From the sequence record PQ356294.1: DNA of 64,000 bases, one strand, 5' to 3'. This DNA is from Escherichia phage Ec_YwIITB1. The translations under genes were made by a program, and so were the position numbers. The notes below the pieces were generated by a model that worked only from the letters and a program-made list of their open reading frames with translations, searched no databases and was not told where the DNA came from. Below are positions 10,562 through 20,939 of the stretch, in pieces (the stretch's first letter is position 1; every line of letters begins with the position of its first letter).

Positions 10562-10779
10562 GCATTCATCAACTTAGCCGCTTCAAGAGCTGCATCTAGT
10601 GAATCAAACTGGTCAACGTATTCAATCAATTCGCCATAATTAGCGTATAACCACCATTGGCTAAATTCATACTCAAGGATAAATCCATTTCCTTCAATTT
10701 GAGTTAAACCAATGCCATTTGTATTTACTTCATATCCGGCAAGACGTAAATCGTTAATAAGAGCTTCGTTCATATTCAT
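10558..10779 (-). CDS. hypothetical protein
   Basis: 73 aa ORF. Confidence 0.5.
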   Translation of the reverse strand: MNMNEALINDLRLAGYEVNTNGIGLTQIEGNGFILEYEFSQWWLYANYGELIEYVDQFDSLDAALEAAKLMNA

Positions 10780-11102
10780 ACCTTAGCAATTTTCAGGTCA
10801 GCAAATTTTTTCTTGCGTTGATTTTTCATACGACGAATAGTTTTATCGGAAATTTCATGCTTTTGATAAGCTTTAGATTCTACACCAAAAGCTTTAACAT
10901 CAAATTCTGACAAGATATATTGAACCAACAATTCGCGGACAGTATTGCGTCCAATCTTCTGATCGTTTTGTTTCATCGTCTGATGAAGCTCTTTTTCCCA
11001 TTTATCCAAAATTTGAGGAGTTACAATATCTCCTTTTTCTAGCAAAGAAACCACTTTATCATATGCATAAGAATTGATGGCGTTTTTAATTTGAATAGTC
11101 AT
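10776..11102 (-). CDS. hypothetical protein
   Basis: 108 aa ORF. Confidence 0.55.
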   Translation of the reverse strand: MTIQIKNAINSYAYDKVVSLLEKGDIVTPQILDKWEKELHQTMKQNDQKIGRNTVRELLVQYILSEFDVKAFGVESKAYQKHEISDKTIRRMKNQRKKKFADLKIAKV

Positions 11103-11132
11103 ACATTATCCTCAATTGCGTTAAAATTTTAT

Positions 11133-11156
11133 TATCCAAAAAGGGCCGAAGCCCTT
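11133..11156 (-). terminator. UUCG hairpin plus U run (intrinsic terminator)
   Basis: aagggc-cgaa-gccctt followed on minus strand by UUUUGG. Confidence 0.5.
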
Positions 11157-11355
11157 AGCTAAACTGTTTGGCGCCCTTCCAGCCTTCGTACATCATTGCG
11201 GCTGATATTAATATTGCTCCTGCGCATTTTGAATATTTGTGATTCCAAAACCAGTTTAGAAAAACTTCGTCATCAATACCTTGAGCTATCATATTTTCAA
11301 AGAACTGACGACGAGCTTCAGCAATTCGTTGCGATAATTTAGATTCGGGATTCAT
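11155..11355 (-). CDS. hypothetical protein
   Basis: 66 aa ORF. Confidence 0.5.
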   Translation of the reverse strand: MNPESKLSQRIAEARRQFFENMIAQGIDDEVFLNWFWNHKYSKCAGAILISAAMMYEGWKGAKQFS

Positions 11356-11487
11356 TTAAATTTTCCAGTTACCATTTTCATCAATAAATTTAATCCAGTC
11401 ATTTACTGACCACTTGGTCGTATCGCCTTTTGGAGTAACATTTAAAGTGTATAATCCTTGTTTAAAAAGCGTGCGTTTGATATTCAT
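11356..11487 (-). CDS. small hypothetical protein
   Basis: ATG 11485-11487 with GAGGAAAA RBS; 43 aa; track ORF 11356..11571 trimmed. Confidence 0.35.
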   Translation of the reverse strand: MNIKRTLFKQGLYTLNVTPKGDTTKWSVNDWIKFIDENGNWKI

Positions 11488-11494
11488 ATTTTCC

Positions 11495-11788
11495 TCAGCT
11501 GTAACGATAACACTCGTTTGATTTGCGCTTAGCAACTCGTTGAGAAGTATTATAATCAAAATCATCATCAATGTAAACTGATTTTTTCAACTTTCTTACT
11601 TCACCGCGTAATTGACGATTTAGCTCATCTTTAACTTCTGAATCGATGCCTTTCATTCTACGCCATTTATCAGAGCGAAAAATGTTTTCGACCATATCTT
11701 TATGACTTACACCATCAGGAGCTTTACGCTTTCCAAAATAGTCATAATCACGCACTTTTAAATCTTTACGACGATACGTTTTACCCAT
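11495..11788 (-). CDS. basic hypothetical protein
   Basis: ATG 11786-11788 with AAGGAAA RBS; the track start at 11809 is TTG. Confidence 0.55.
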   Translation of the reverse strand: MGKTYRRKDLKVRDYDYFGKRKAPDGVSHKDMVENIFRSDKWRRMKGIDSEVKDELNRQLRGEVRKLKKSVYIDDDFDYNTSQRVAKRKSNECYRYS

Positions 11789-12080
11789 GGAGTTTAATTT
11801 CCTTAGCAACTAAACTAAATACGGCACGATCGCAAATCAAGCGTTTATTCCATTTAAGTAAGGATAGTGAACCTCTAGATCATCTACTGCTGTAACAATA
11901 ACAATATGTCCGTTCAATAATACTGATCTCTTTTAATCTCTTTATCAACCATATCAAATCCTCAAAGGCAATTCATATGTTAATAATACCACAGTTTGAA
12001 CTTGTTGTAAACAACTTTGTGAAAATTATTTTAGGGAACGATAAGAAGGGAACGATAGCTTAGAATGGTAATATACAGAA

Positions 12081-12106
12081 TGTGAGAAAGAAAGGCCCAG
12101 AGGGCC
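12081..12106 (-). terminator. intrinsic terminator after nrdH
   Basis: GGGCC/GGCCC hairpin followed by UUUCUUUCU on minus strand. Confidence 0.5.
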
Positions 12107-12110
12107 CGTC

Positions 12111-12419
12111 TTAATCTTCTATGATATCTCTATCATATCCAAGTGAAATGAGAGTTTCTTTGAAGTGTTTAATGTTCTTTTGTCTAGAATCATTGATGAA
12201 AATGACTGGATAACGAATGTTAAGAGATGTGAATCCAGCGCGTTTAGCAAGAGATACAATCAGTGGACGATCATACTCAATCTTACCATTATTTGTAAGA
12301 ACTTTATAGAAAGTAAAAGGAGCATTAAGCTCCTTTAGAAGTTTTGTAACTGATTGACATCCAGGACAACGACCAACTTCATCTGGAATTCCATAGACTT
12401 CAATCTTGTTCTGTTTCAC
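12111..12419 (-). CDS. nrdH: glutaredoxin-like protein
   Basis: 102 aa; CPGC redox motif; adjacent to nrdG/nrdD. Confidence 0.6.
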   Translation of the reverse strand: MKQNKIEVYGIPDEVGRCPGCQSVTKLLKELNAPFTFYKVLTNNGKIEYDRPLIVSLAKRAGFTSLNIRYPVIFINDSRQKNIKHFKETLISLGYDRDIIED

Positions 12420-12421
12420 AA

Positions 12422-12634
12422 CTATTCCTTACTAAGAGCAGCATTCAGCTTATTAGTAATTTTATCCAGACGCTCATTGAACTCACTAGAAGATAGTCCT
12501 TTTTCTGGAGAAATTAAGCTAATCACGAAAAATATAACAATAAAAGGAATAAGGAAAATAGCACCAACTGCCATAAACAGAAAGAACGTTACGGTTGTAA
12601 GAAAATCAGCTAAACCTTTGCGAAATTTATACAT
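12422..12634 (-). CDS. small membrane protein
   Basis: One hydrophobic helix; start trimmed to ATG 12632-12634. Confidence 0.5.
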   Translation of the reverse strand: MYKFRKGLADFLTTVTFFLFMAVGAIFLIPFIVIFFVISLISPEKGLSSSEFNERLDKITNKLNAALSKE

Positions 12635-12748
12635 ATTTACCCTTAATTGATTAACCAAGCATTGATAAGCACTAAACTATATTGTGAATAAAATTCTGGA
12701 CCAAAATGAAAAATCATATCATTTATAGTATCCATAATGTAATTCAAT

Positions 12749-13219
12749 TTAATCATGTTTCCACACCCCATCGGTATTTGACCAAAGTCGCTGATTATCT
12801 GATCCTCGCCACAGCTTTTTGGTCGGAAGATTTTTCTCATACTTCCCATCAATAATAACATCAACATATTTAAGCATTTCTAGTTGTTTAATATCCTCAA
12901 ATTTATATCCTGTCCACAACCAAATGCTTTTATTTGGATAAAGATTTTTTACTGTTTGAACAATGCAATGAATAACATCTCTATTATCAGGATAGAGGGG
13001 GTCTCCCCCAGTTATAGTCAATCCTTCTGTATAATCATTATTCAAACATTCAATTAATTGTTCTAGTGTTTCACCGGTGAATGGAACACCATTTCTAGCG
13101 TTCCATGTTGATTTATTATAACACCCTTCGCATTTATGCAAACAACCTGTAACGAAAAGAACGACCCTGCATCCAGGGCCATTCACAAAATCGCAAGGAT
13201 AAAATCTATCATAATTCAT
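12749..13219 (-). CDS. nrdG: anaerobic ribonucleotide reductase activating protein (radical SAM)
   Basis: 156 aa; Cys-rich CxxxCxxC N-terminus. Confidence 0.85.
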   Translation of the reverse strand: MNYDRFYPCDFVNGPGCRVVLFVTGCLHKCEGCYNKSTWNARNGVPFTGETLEQLIECLNNDYTEGLTITGGDPLYPDNRDVIHCIVQTVKNLYPNKSIWLWTGYKFEDIKQLEMLKYVDVIIDGKYEKNLPTKKLWRGSDNQRLWSNTDGVWKHD

Positions 13220-15033
13220 TGGTGTTTAACCCTATGCATGATTTCTTTATTTTTGCCAAGATTAAATCCACGTTCATTCGGATTTCCCAAATAGCCACAA
13301 GTTCTTCTTATTGTGTTCATCTTTTTAGGATCAGTTTCTTCACAAATAGAACAAACAAACCCGTTTTCAGTAGGAGTCATTTCATGGGTACTTCCGCATG
13401 TAAAACATTTATCTACTGGCATGTTAACGCCAAAATAATCTAAATGTTGTGCAGCATAATCCCATACAGCCTCAAGACCTTTTAAGTTATTTTTCATATC
13501 AGGAAGTTCAACATAAGAAATGTGACCACCTGTCGCAATGAAATGATATGGTGCTTCTCGAGAAATCTTTTCAAACGGAGTGATATTTTCTTCTACTGAA
13601 ACATGGAAACTATTAGTGTACCAGCCTTTATCAGTAACATCTTTTACACTTCCATATTTCTCAGTATCAAGTTTACAGAAGCGATAGCACAGGTTTTCAG
13701 CAGGAGTAGAATATAAGCTAAAAGCAAAACCGGTTCTTTCAGTCCACTGCTTAAGACGAGCATTCATTTTAGTTAAAATTTCCTGTCCAATATCACGACC
13801 GACAAGAATATTCAATTCGTGAATACCAATGTATCCTAAGGACACTGAACTTCTACCGTTTTTAAATAACTCAATTATGTCATCATCAGGTTTAAGACGA
13901 ACCCCGAATGCACCTTCTTGATAAAGAATAGGAGCAACGGTCGCTTTAATTCCTTTTAAGGAACTAATTCTACACATCAAAGCTTCAAAACACAAATCCA
14001 TTCGTTCATTGAACAATTCGGCAAATTTCTGTTCATTGAATTGTGTTCCAATATAAGAATCTAACGCAATGCGAGGAAGATTCAGTGTTACAACGCCAAG
14101 ATTATTACGTCCATCAAGAATTTCATTACCAGTCGAATCTTTCCATACACTCAAGAAACTACGACAACCCATTGGAGAAACAGGAATAGATGAACCGGTG
14201 ATAACTTTATTGTTCTTAACTGAAATAATATCAGGATACATTCTTTTGCTTGCACATTCTAACGCAAGCTGCTTAATATCATAGTTTGGGTCGTCTTTAT
14301 AAAGATTAACGCCTTCTTCAACGAACATAACAAGCTTAGGGAAAATAGGAGTTATCCCATCGCGACCAAGACCTTTAATACGATTTTTCAGAATTGCCTT
14401 CTGAATCATTCGTTCAGTCCAGTCAGTTCCCGTACCGAATGTAATTGTTACAAAAGGTGTTTGTCCGTTTGAACTAAAGAGAGTATTTACTTCATATTCA
14501 TAAGCTTGGAATGCATCGTATACGTCTTTTTCTGTTTTAGATTGGGCATAATTCAACGCATCAGCGATTTGCCATTTTTCTGCATCTTCAATATGTTTTG
14601 CATAGGTGCGTTTAACATAAGGAGAAAGTATTTTATCTACATTAGCAAAAGTCGTTCCGCCATACTGATGTGAAGCGACTTGTGCAGTAATTTGTGCCAT
14701 AATTGCAGTAGCAACACCGATTGATTTAGGAGTTTCAATCTGTGCATTTCCAAGCTTAAATCCGTTCTCAAGCATTCCTTTTAAATCTACTAAACAGCAA
14801 TTAGTAAATGGAAGAGCAGGGGAATAATCAATATCATGGAAATGAATAATTCCGCTTTCATGTGCTTTCATAATAAAAGACGGGACCATATTTTTGGCAA
14901 TGTGTTTAGACACAATACCAGCCATAAGGTCCCGTTGAGTTGGAAAAACACGAGAATCTTTATTAGCATTCTCGTTTAAAAGGTCTTTATTAGTTTTATG
15001 AATCAATCCTTCAATTTCTTTTTCAATTGTCAT
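13216..15033 (-). CDS. nrdD: anaerobic ribonucleoside-triphosphate reductase, intronless
   Basis: 605 aa uninterrupted ORF; C-terminal Cys cluster and glycyl-radical region. Confidence 0.9.
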   Translation of the reverse strand: MTIEKEIEGLIHKTNKDLLNENANKDSRVFPTQRDLMAGIVSKHIAKNMVPSFIMKAHESGIIHFHDIDYSPALPFTNCCLVDLKGMLENGFKLGNAQIETPKSIGVATAIMAQITAQVASHQYGGTTFANVDKILSPYVKRTYAKHIEDAEKWQIADALNYAQSKTEKDVYDAFQAYEYEVNTLFSSNGQTPFVTITFGTGTDWTERMIQKAILKNRIKGLGRDGITPIFPKLVMFVEEGVNLYKDDPNYDIKQLALECASKRMYPDIISVKNNKVITGSSIPVSPMGCRSFLSVWKDSTGNEILDGRNNLGVVTLNLPRIALDSYIGTQFNEQKFAELFNERMDLCFEALMCRISSLKGIKATVAPILYQEGAFGVRLKPDDDIIELFKNGRSSVSLGYIGIHELNILVGRDIGQEILTKMNARLKQWTERTGFAFSLYSTPAENLCYRFCKLDTEKYGSVKDVTDKGWYTNSFHVSVEENITPFEKISREAPYHFIATGGHISYVELPDMKNNLKGLEAVWDYAAQHLDYFGVNMPVDKCFTCGSTHEMTPTENGFVCSICEETDPKKMNTIRRTCGYLGNPNERGFNLGKNKEIMHRVKHQ

Positions 15034-15503
15034 TTTAAACTCTTTCTAAGCTGCTTCTTAAATGAAGCTATTAATTGTGTTTTAGTGCCAGATTCATTAT
15101 ATTCAAATCCTCTTTGAAGCATCTCAGCCATCATTTCCTCTTTTCCCAAACGAGAAAATTCCTTTGATTTATCTCCAACGAAGTTAGGGTGAATATTATT
15201 TTGGGTGTAATCGGATTTTAAATAAGTAAGTAAATTTTCTAACCATTCAAGATAATCAACGCCTTGCCCCTTTAAGCCAGAACGATTAAATTTGTGCTTC
15301 ATTTGACCTTCCGCTGCATTGCAGAGATTACAGAGCAATCCACGCACCTTTCCTGCTTTTGGTCCATTTAATTCATGGTCATGGTCAAGGTGATTAGCTT
15401 GAACATCAGGATTTAGTTCTCGTTGGCAAATTAAGCATTTACCATTTTGTGCGTCATAAAATTTCTGTTTTTCTTCTTTATATAATTTGCCAGTCAATAA
15501 CAT
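15030..15503 (-). CDS. 49: endonuclease VII (Holliday junction resolvase)
   Basis: 157 aa, Zn-binding Cys motifs, T4 gp49. Confidence 0.9.
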   Translation of the reverse strand: MLLTGKLYKEEKQKFYDAQNGKCLICQRELNPDVQANHLDHDHELNGPKAGKVRGLLCNLCNAAEGQMKHKFNRSGLKGQGVDYLEWLENLLTYLKSDYTQNNIHPNFVGDKSKEFSRLGKEEMMAEMLQRGFEYNESGTKTQLIASFKKQLRKSLK

Positions 15504-15738
15504 AATAAACCCTTACCTTAAATAGATAAGGGTATTTATTATTTTCAAGTATTGTAAAACATTTGATGCAATCGCTTATATTGCCGAATCGTTTGGTCAG
15601 AAAAAGAATCTTTTTAGTAGGACGAGAATAAGTTCCTACACAAGTGGTCATATTAGAGTCGGTAGGACTTCCTTTAATAAAAAGTTTCCAAACCTTACCA
15701 CCATTTAACTTTTCAGTATAAATTAATTCGGTTTTCAT
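15478..15738 (-). CDS. hypothetical protein
   Basis: 86 aa ORF overlapping the gene 49 start. Confidence 0.45.
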   Translation of the reverse strand: MKTELIYTEKLNGGKVWKLFIKGSPTDSNMTTCVGTYSRPTKKILFLTKRFGNISDCIKCFTILENNKYPYLFKVRVYYVIDWQII

Positions 15739-16202
15739 TAAAACGCTCGGTCAGAAAAAGAATTTTGAGTTTCAAGCCATTCAATATATTCTGCTGCAGC
15801 TTGCATTAAATTACCTTCATAGCCATCATTATTTTCTTGTGCAGCTAATTTAGCTAATGCATATGAAATACGTTCACCTTGAAAATCAGCTTTAGGCTTA
15901 TGAAGAGCTTGATCAACTCTCTCTACAACTTCTTCAATTTCGCCATTTTCCACTGATTCAATATTCCACAAGCACCAATACGTAATTGGCTTATCATAGA
16001 TGTTAATAATCTTTCCATCAGAAAGTTCAATTTCAATAATTCCAGTATCAGGTTCTATATCATCTTCGCATTCTTTTGCAAGTTCACGAACTTTAAAGAC
16101 AGTACCTGCACTAAGTTCCGGCCAATAATTACACAGCCCTTTATCAGCACGATTAATTCTAAACCACTTATCTACTGTAATCATGTCCCATCTCCATATC
16201 AA
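15738..16202 (-). CDS. hypothetical protein (pin position in T4 order)
   Basis: 154 aa ORF; name not assigned. Confidence 0.55.
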   Translation of the reverse strand: MIWRWDMITVDKWFRINRADKGLCNYWPELSAGTVFKVRELAKECEDDIEPDTGIIEIELSDGKIINIYDKPITYWCLWNIESVENGEIEEVVERVDQALHKPKADFQGERISYALAKLAAQENNDGYEGNLMQAAAEYIEWLETQNSFSDRAF

Positions 16203-16307
16203 TTAAGTCATTTATCGTTGGTTCATTATATACTGTTTCTTCATCAGTGTAAACCGGTTCTTCCGGCTCTGGCTCTACTGTTTCCCATCTAGCCGCCCAC
16301 CAAGGTT

Positions 16308-16628
16308 TTATAGCGTAATCCATTCTCGTATTGTCTGAGTTACTACACGTTCACGAGGCTCGACTAGTTCAACAGTCGGAACTGCATAATACCAGTCAGA
16401 ATGATAAGAACCTGAGCGAGTTTCATTTACAGACACATGAACGTTATGTTTTGGACTAAAATAAACACACTGACGATATTGGCATTTACCATCTTGCACC
16501 CAGTCTTCTATTTCGATAGGTTTAAGATAATCCGAAAAATCGAAATCATAATTTTCTGAAAATGCATCATGGTCTTCGATGATTTCGCTCAGAACTGCAT
16601 CAACATCTAATTTATTTTCAATAGTCAT
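16308..16628 (-). CDS. hypothetical protein
   Basis: 106 aa ORF. Confidence 0.55.
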   Translation of the reverse strand: MTIENKLDVDAVLSEIIEDHDAFSENYDFDFSDYLKPIEIEDWVQDGKCQYRQCVYFSPKHNVHVSVNETRSGSYHSDWYYAVPTVELVEPRERVVTQTIREWITL

Positions 16629-16638
16629 TTTTCACCAA

Positions 16639-17028
16639 TTAATTTCGCAATTTATTAAGTTCTTCGTAATCAATCCAGGATTCTAGTCCTGATGGCAAAT
16701 CAGATTCAATTTCCCAAAGAAGCTCTTCAATTTTCTGAAGACGATCTAATTCTTCAGCAGGAATAGTAACCATTGACGGAGTTCTTGATACGCTAATATC
16801 GTAAATCATATTTACCCCCAGTTTGACCATACAATCGCCGTATTTCCATTTAGAAATAGACTTTTCACCATTAGAATAATAAACTTCGAGTTTAGCACGG
16901 TTATTTTTAATTTGAATAACCTTTGCTGTCATCAAAGTTCCATACCCATAGTAAACTGCGACTTCATCACCTACATATACCGCGCTTCCGCGGTAGTCAT
17001 GGATATAATCAGTTCCTTCGAGCATCAT
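16639..17028 (-). CDS. hypothetical protein
   Basis: 129 aa ORF. Confidence 0.55.
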   Translation of the reverse strand: MMLEGTDYIHDYRGSAVYVGDEVAVYYGYGTLMTAKVIQIKNNRAKLEVYYSNGEKSISKWKYGDCMVKLGVNMIYDISVSRTPSMVTIPAEELDRLQKIEELLWEIESDLPSGLESWIDYEELNKLRN

Positions 17029-17288
17029 TTAAAGTATTCCCGCAATTGGTCAAATCCACCAATATGACTTCCATCAGGAGCAAATACTTGCGGCATTGTC
17101 AGACCAATTTGAGTATCACGACCTAGTTTCGTCAGAAGCTCAGCGATTTTCTCATCATCAAAAACACCTTTTTCTGGCATAATGTTGATAAATTCAAACG
17201 GATGTTTCTTTACGGTCAAAAGACGTTTTGCATTATCACAATACACGCATTTATGGATACTGCTATCATAACCATATACTTTAAACAT
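17025..17288 (-). CDS. nrdC: phage thioredoxin/glutaredoxin
   Basis: 87 aa; CVYC active site. Confidence 0.85.
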   Translation of the reverse strand: MFKVYGYDSSIHKCVYCDNAKRLLTVKKHPFEFINIMPEKGVFDDEKIAELLTKLGRDTQIGLTMPQVFAPDGSHIGGFDQLREYFK

Positions 17289-17289
17289 A

Positions 17290-17532
17290 TTATTCCTTAA
17301 TTCCTAGTACTTGTTTAAAAGTCTCGTCGTAATCAAGACTTTGGCCAGTTTGTTCTTTATGTTTGTATATAATATCACTTACTTCTGATAGCATATTTTT
17401 ATATGAACGAGTTAAAGCAGATTTAAGCACGCTGTATCTATCAGGAAATTTACCATGTTCATTATAATACGCTATTGCTAATTCACGGACTGCCTTTTCA
17501 GCAGTCTCCATATATTCTTTACGCTTGGTCAT
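17290..17532 (-). CDS. hypothetical protein
   Basis: Start trimmed to ATG 17530-17532. Confidence 0.5.
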
Positions 17533-17533
17533 T

Positions 17534-17875
17534 TTAATCCAAAATATTATTAGGCATTGGTTGAACACTCGCAAGTTCTTCTCGGTCAAATCTGTGTTTA
17601 CAATGGCGACATTTATAACGAAGATTATTAGTCTGCCAATGGACTAATTGCACCTGTTCAGTTCCACACTCAGGGCAATTAGGAACGTTTTTAGAAGCCC
17701 TTTCGCGACGTTCAACCATGACCATTACGGAATCCCAATTAATAGGGCTGCTATAATCATCACAACCGTGAATCTTTCCACGCATTTCCAGATCGTCTTC
17801 TTCACCAGCCATAATAATTTTAATTAGACTAGAATTACTTGAAGTTGCAATGTCTTCTAATAGACGCTTTTTCAT
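17534..17875 (-). CDS. zinc-ribbon protein
   Basis: 113 aa; CPECG...CRHC motifs. Confidence 0.55.
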
Positions 17876-18801
17876 TTCAATACCTCAATAGCATTACGTA
17901 AACCATTTGCTTTTGCATTAAGAGCTTTTAACAATTTGGTGTGTTCTGCAATTTGGGCTTCAACTTCAATTAAACGAGCATTGAGATATTCGCGTTCTTC
18001 GCTCAGGTTATCAACCTTTTCTACTTTAGGTTCTTTTACAGCTGTCTTATATGTATTAGGGTTCTTCAGTTTAATTAGAATGCGTGAACTGTATAACATT
18101 GAACCATTATCTTCGGTTTCATCATACATTTCTACTACGTCCATGATTTTTAACATCATGCGAAGTTTATAAGACAACGAACGAATAGTTTTGTTGTGCT
18201 TATTAATTTCTTTAGCGTTCATGGTGCCAAGATTACGTGAGTAATAATAAGGAACCTGGATATTAATTAGTACTGATGAACCACCTGGCTTATGTGTTAC
18301 TTCATCAGCAATAACCCAGTCCTTAACATGAACTGTATTTGTACGGTCATCGCCCATGGTAAACAGTTTGCGAGCATGCTTAAAAAGCATATTCACTTGG
18401 TCATTGAATTGACAAGCGAATTTATCAGCAAATTTAGTTTCAGGAATGGTAGATAACCAATCAGCCAAGTGGGTCTTTTTAACATCGTTAACAATAGTAA
18501 ATTCAACCAAATCGGTTATAGATGTTGCAGATTTAATGAAGCTTGGCTTCATAAAGTTTTTAATGTTCTCGTGAGCTACAGTAGAAGATAACATACGAGA
18601 ACGTTTAAACCATTCAAGCAAATTGCCCAACGAATGAGAATAAGCGTTCTGAGTATCTTTACAGATATGATTTTCCTGGCCAACATATTGAAGGAAATCA
18701 CGAAGAATATTATTGATTACTGCTCTGTGTCCGATATTATAATTACGATGTTTAGTAATAAGGCTGTCAAAATAATCAATATAATGTTTACGAGTTTTCA
18801 T
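17872..18801 (-). CDS. hypothetical protein, paralog family member
   Basis: 309 aa; C-terminal coiled coil; shares motifs with 18854.., 20212.., 20948.. Confidence 0.6.
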   Translation of the reverse strand: MKTRKHYIDYFDSLITKHRNYNIGHRAVINNILRDFLQYVGQENHICKDTQNAYSHSLGNLLEWFKRSRMLSSTVAHENIKNFMKPSFIKSATSITDLVEFTIVNDVKKTHLADWLSTIPETKFADKFACQFNDQVNMLFKHARKLFTMGDDRTNTVHVKDWVIADEVTHKPGGSSVLINIQVPYYYSRNLGTMNAKEINKHNKTIRSLSYKLRMMLKIMDVVEMYDETEDNGSMLYSSRILIKLKNPNTYKTAVKEPKVEKVDNLSEEREYLNARLIEVEAQIAEHTKLLKALNAKANGLRNAIEVLK

Positions 18802-18853
18802 GTTCTTCTCACTTGGTTAATGATTTATACTCCGAGCCATCCTTGGCTTTAAA

Positions 18854-19855
18854 TTACTTAATTAACTGTAAAGCTTGTTCTAGACGATCCAGATGATTAA
18901 CAGATTCTTCCCAAATCCTTTTAGCTTGCTCATATTCTTTCTGCGCTTTATTAGAAATTTCTAGAGCTTCTTTATAAGCTTTTTCTAGTGCAATAACTTC
19001 TGGACGAATTTCTACAGGTTCAGGCGAATCGTCAAGACATTCCATTAGTTCCTCAAGTGTAATTTCTTCTTTAGGAGTATTCACAATTTCATCACATTTT
19101 TGTTGATAAATTTCTTTATCAGTCGGTGAGTACGCACATTTCACTTCACGGAGACTAACTACAATTTTATATCCTTCCCAACCGCATATATTCTTAAAAG
19201 GATACGTATGAATATTTTCTACTGTTTCCATACAAAGTAATGCGGTTTCTAATTGACGAGTTATAGTGCTAGCAATTGAGAAAAATTTATTAATGTTCTT
19301 TTGGTTAGTTTCTGGTGTAAAAAATCCATAATTCACAAAAATAGATACTTTATTTTTATCAAGTTCATATTCTTTTATGATAATCATATCAGAAGCCAAA
19401 GGATGAATTTGACGATAATCGCCATAGCATAATTTAGAAGCTGATTTTAGAATTTGCTTTTTGAAAAGTCTGAAATTACTAATCCAACGACGAGTAAAAA
19501 TATTCTCAGGGTCTTCTTTATTATTAAGATGATATGAATTAACATCACCGAACCAATTATATCCTACTACATCTTTAGTTCGTTTAATTTCTTTCCCAAA
19601 TTTACCGAGAATATCTTGGTTAACTAAATATGAAAGAAGACGAGAACCTTTGAAGGTTTCCTTAATATCATCTTTATATTCGCGACTAGAAATTTTATGA
19701 ACTTCATGAATAAATTTGTTGGAAGAGACAATACTTGCATCAGTATTATTGAGCCATTGATTGATAATGGAAATAACACTATTCTGACTAGACACAGGTT
19801 TAACTTTATCATCAATAACGCTATTGAATGATTTGATATATTCGTTACGAGTCAT
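18854..19855 (-). CDS. hypothetical protein, paralog family member
   Basis: Start trimmed to ATG 19853-19855 (MTRNEY) with GAGGAG RBS; 333 aa. Confidence 0.6.
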   Translation of the reverse strand: MTRNEYIKSFNSVIDDKVKPVSSQNSVISIINQWLNNTDASIVSSNKFIHEVHKISSREYKDDIKETFKGSRLLSYLVNQDILGKFGKEIKRTKDVVGYNWFGDVNSYHLNNKEDPENIFTRRWISNFRLFKKQILKSASKLCYGDYRQIHPLASDMIIIKEYELDKNKVSIFVNYGFFTPETNQKNINKFFSIASTITRQLETALLCMETVENIHTYPFKNICGWEGYKIVVSLREVKCAYSPTDKEIYQQKCDEIVNTPKEEITLEELMECLDDSPEPVEIRPEVIALEKAYKEALEISNKAQKEYEQAKRIWEESVNHLDRLEQALQLIK

Positions 19856-19883
19856 ATTAATCTCCTCAGTAGAAAGTAAGAAC

Positions 19884-19913
19884 ATTATACCACATCCTTG
19901 TGGCAAAGTAAAC
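19884..19913 (-). promoter_or_regulatory. early-type promoter (GTTTAC, 18 nt, TATAAT)
   Basis: Minus strand GTTTAC at 19908-19913 and TATAAT at 19884-19889 upstream of 18854..19855. Confidence 0.5.
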
Positions 19914-20173
19914 TAGTTTAGTGCATTTAGTGCATTGTTCAGTTTAGAACGTTGCTTCGTAAGATTTTTGACTTTTTCTTGAGCTTTTTCTAGCATCTTT
20001 TCAGCTTCTAACACTTCATTAGTTGCTTTAACGAGTTCATCATCTACTGCCTTGATGGACTTCTCAATCGCATCCGCATGCCATTTTTCAACAGGTTTAA
20101 GACTCGGATTTTCAACAGGAAGAAAATTCGCTTTATTGAATTTCCATGCATCTTCATTACCTGAACTATACAT
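19913..20173 (-). CDS. hypothetical coiled-coil protein
   Basis: 86 aa ORF. Confidence 0.5.
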   Translation of the reverse strand: MYSSGNEDAWKFNKANFLPVENPSLKPVEKWHADAIEKSIKAVDDELVKATNEVLEAEKMLEKAQEKVKNLTKQRSKLNNALNALN

Positions 20174-20211
20174 CCAAAATTTAGGATCGTTTGATGAGTA
20201 ATTGGATAAAT

Positions 20212-20877
20212 TTAAGTTATCTTGTACTTCATGCTTTTTCTCTTGAACGGAACTTCATCCTTTCTCAAAAAATCGTATTTAAATGAAACGATCATATCAA
20301 GTTCATACGTTGTTGTATGTTCCCAATTTCGCTCAAAATGAGGTAAAATCTTAGACTGAACTGCGGCAACAACATCCATATACTTAAATGCTTCTGTCAA
20401 CTGTGATTTAAGGCATTCGCAAATTGAAAGAGAATTTTTTGTATTAGGTTTAAAGCTAATTCGCGCAGTTCTGCTATTTTCTTTTAATGGTCTTACTTCC
20501 ATCTGAAGAGTATAACCATCAAATTTCAGATTCTTTAAGTTAATATCAGAACCTTTTAATCGACTCGCAATTGATAAAATTTGTTTTAATTGTTTACGGA
20601 ATAGAGCAATAAATCTCCATTCAATACGATAATGATTTGGATTGAAAAATCCAGATGATAAATCGACCTTACTTTGGCCGACACCTTGAACAAATAGAGG
20701 ATTTTTATAATTAATGGTTTTACAGAAATCAGTGAGCTGCTCACGAGCAGTCATTTGTGTAATATATCCTGCTTGGTTAAAATTGCGCACCCATTCACTG
20801 CTGTTCAGATGTTTAAAGGCATGAATGGAACAATTAACTTTACCAAGGTCTAAATTATTTTGACACAAAAACGTCAT
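20212..20877 (-). CDS. hypothetical protein, paralog family member, preceded by a coupled leader ORF
   Basis: 221 aa; ATG overlaps the leader stop as ATGA. Confidence 0.55.
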   Translation of the reverse strand: MTFLCQNNLDLGKVNCSIHAFKHLNSSEWVRNFNQAGYITQMTAREQLTDFCKTINYKNPLFVQGVGQSKVDLSSGFFNPNHYRIEWRFIALFRKQLKQILSIASRLKGSDINLKNLKFDGYTLQMEVRPLKENSRTARISFKPNTKNSLSICECLKSQLTEAFKYMDVVAAVQSKILPHFERNWEHTTTYELDMIVSFKYDFLRKDEVPFKRKSMKYKIT

Positions 20878-20939
20878 AGCATCACGAGTATAGCTGGCAT
20901 TACGAGAACCATATCTTCAATTTGAGAACGAGTTTTCAT
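20874..20939 (-). CDS. 21-codon leader ORF (MKTRSQIEDMVLVMPAILVML)
   Basis: Strong AAGGAATA RBS and ATG at 20937-20939; stop overlaps the next ATG. Confidence 0.35.
   Translation of the reverse strand: MKTRSQIEDMVLVMPAILVML

Noticed and set aside
12643-12867. 74 aa ORF overlapping the nrdG 3' end
   Set aside because: Alternative frame of nrdG; no RBS.
13216-15033. Possible group I intron in nrdD
   Set aside because: The ORF is continuous at 605 codons with no interruption, so there is no intron here.
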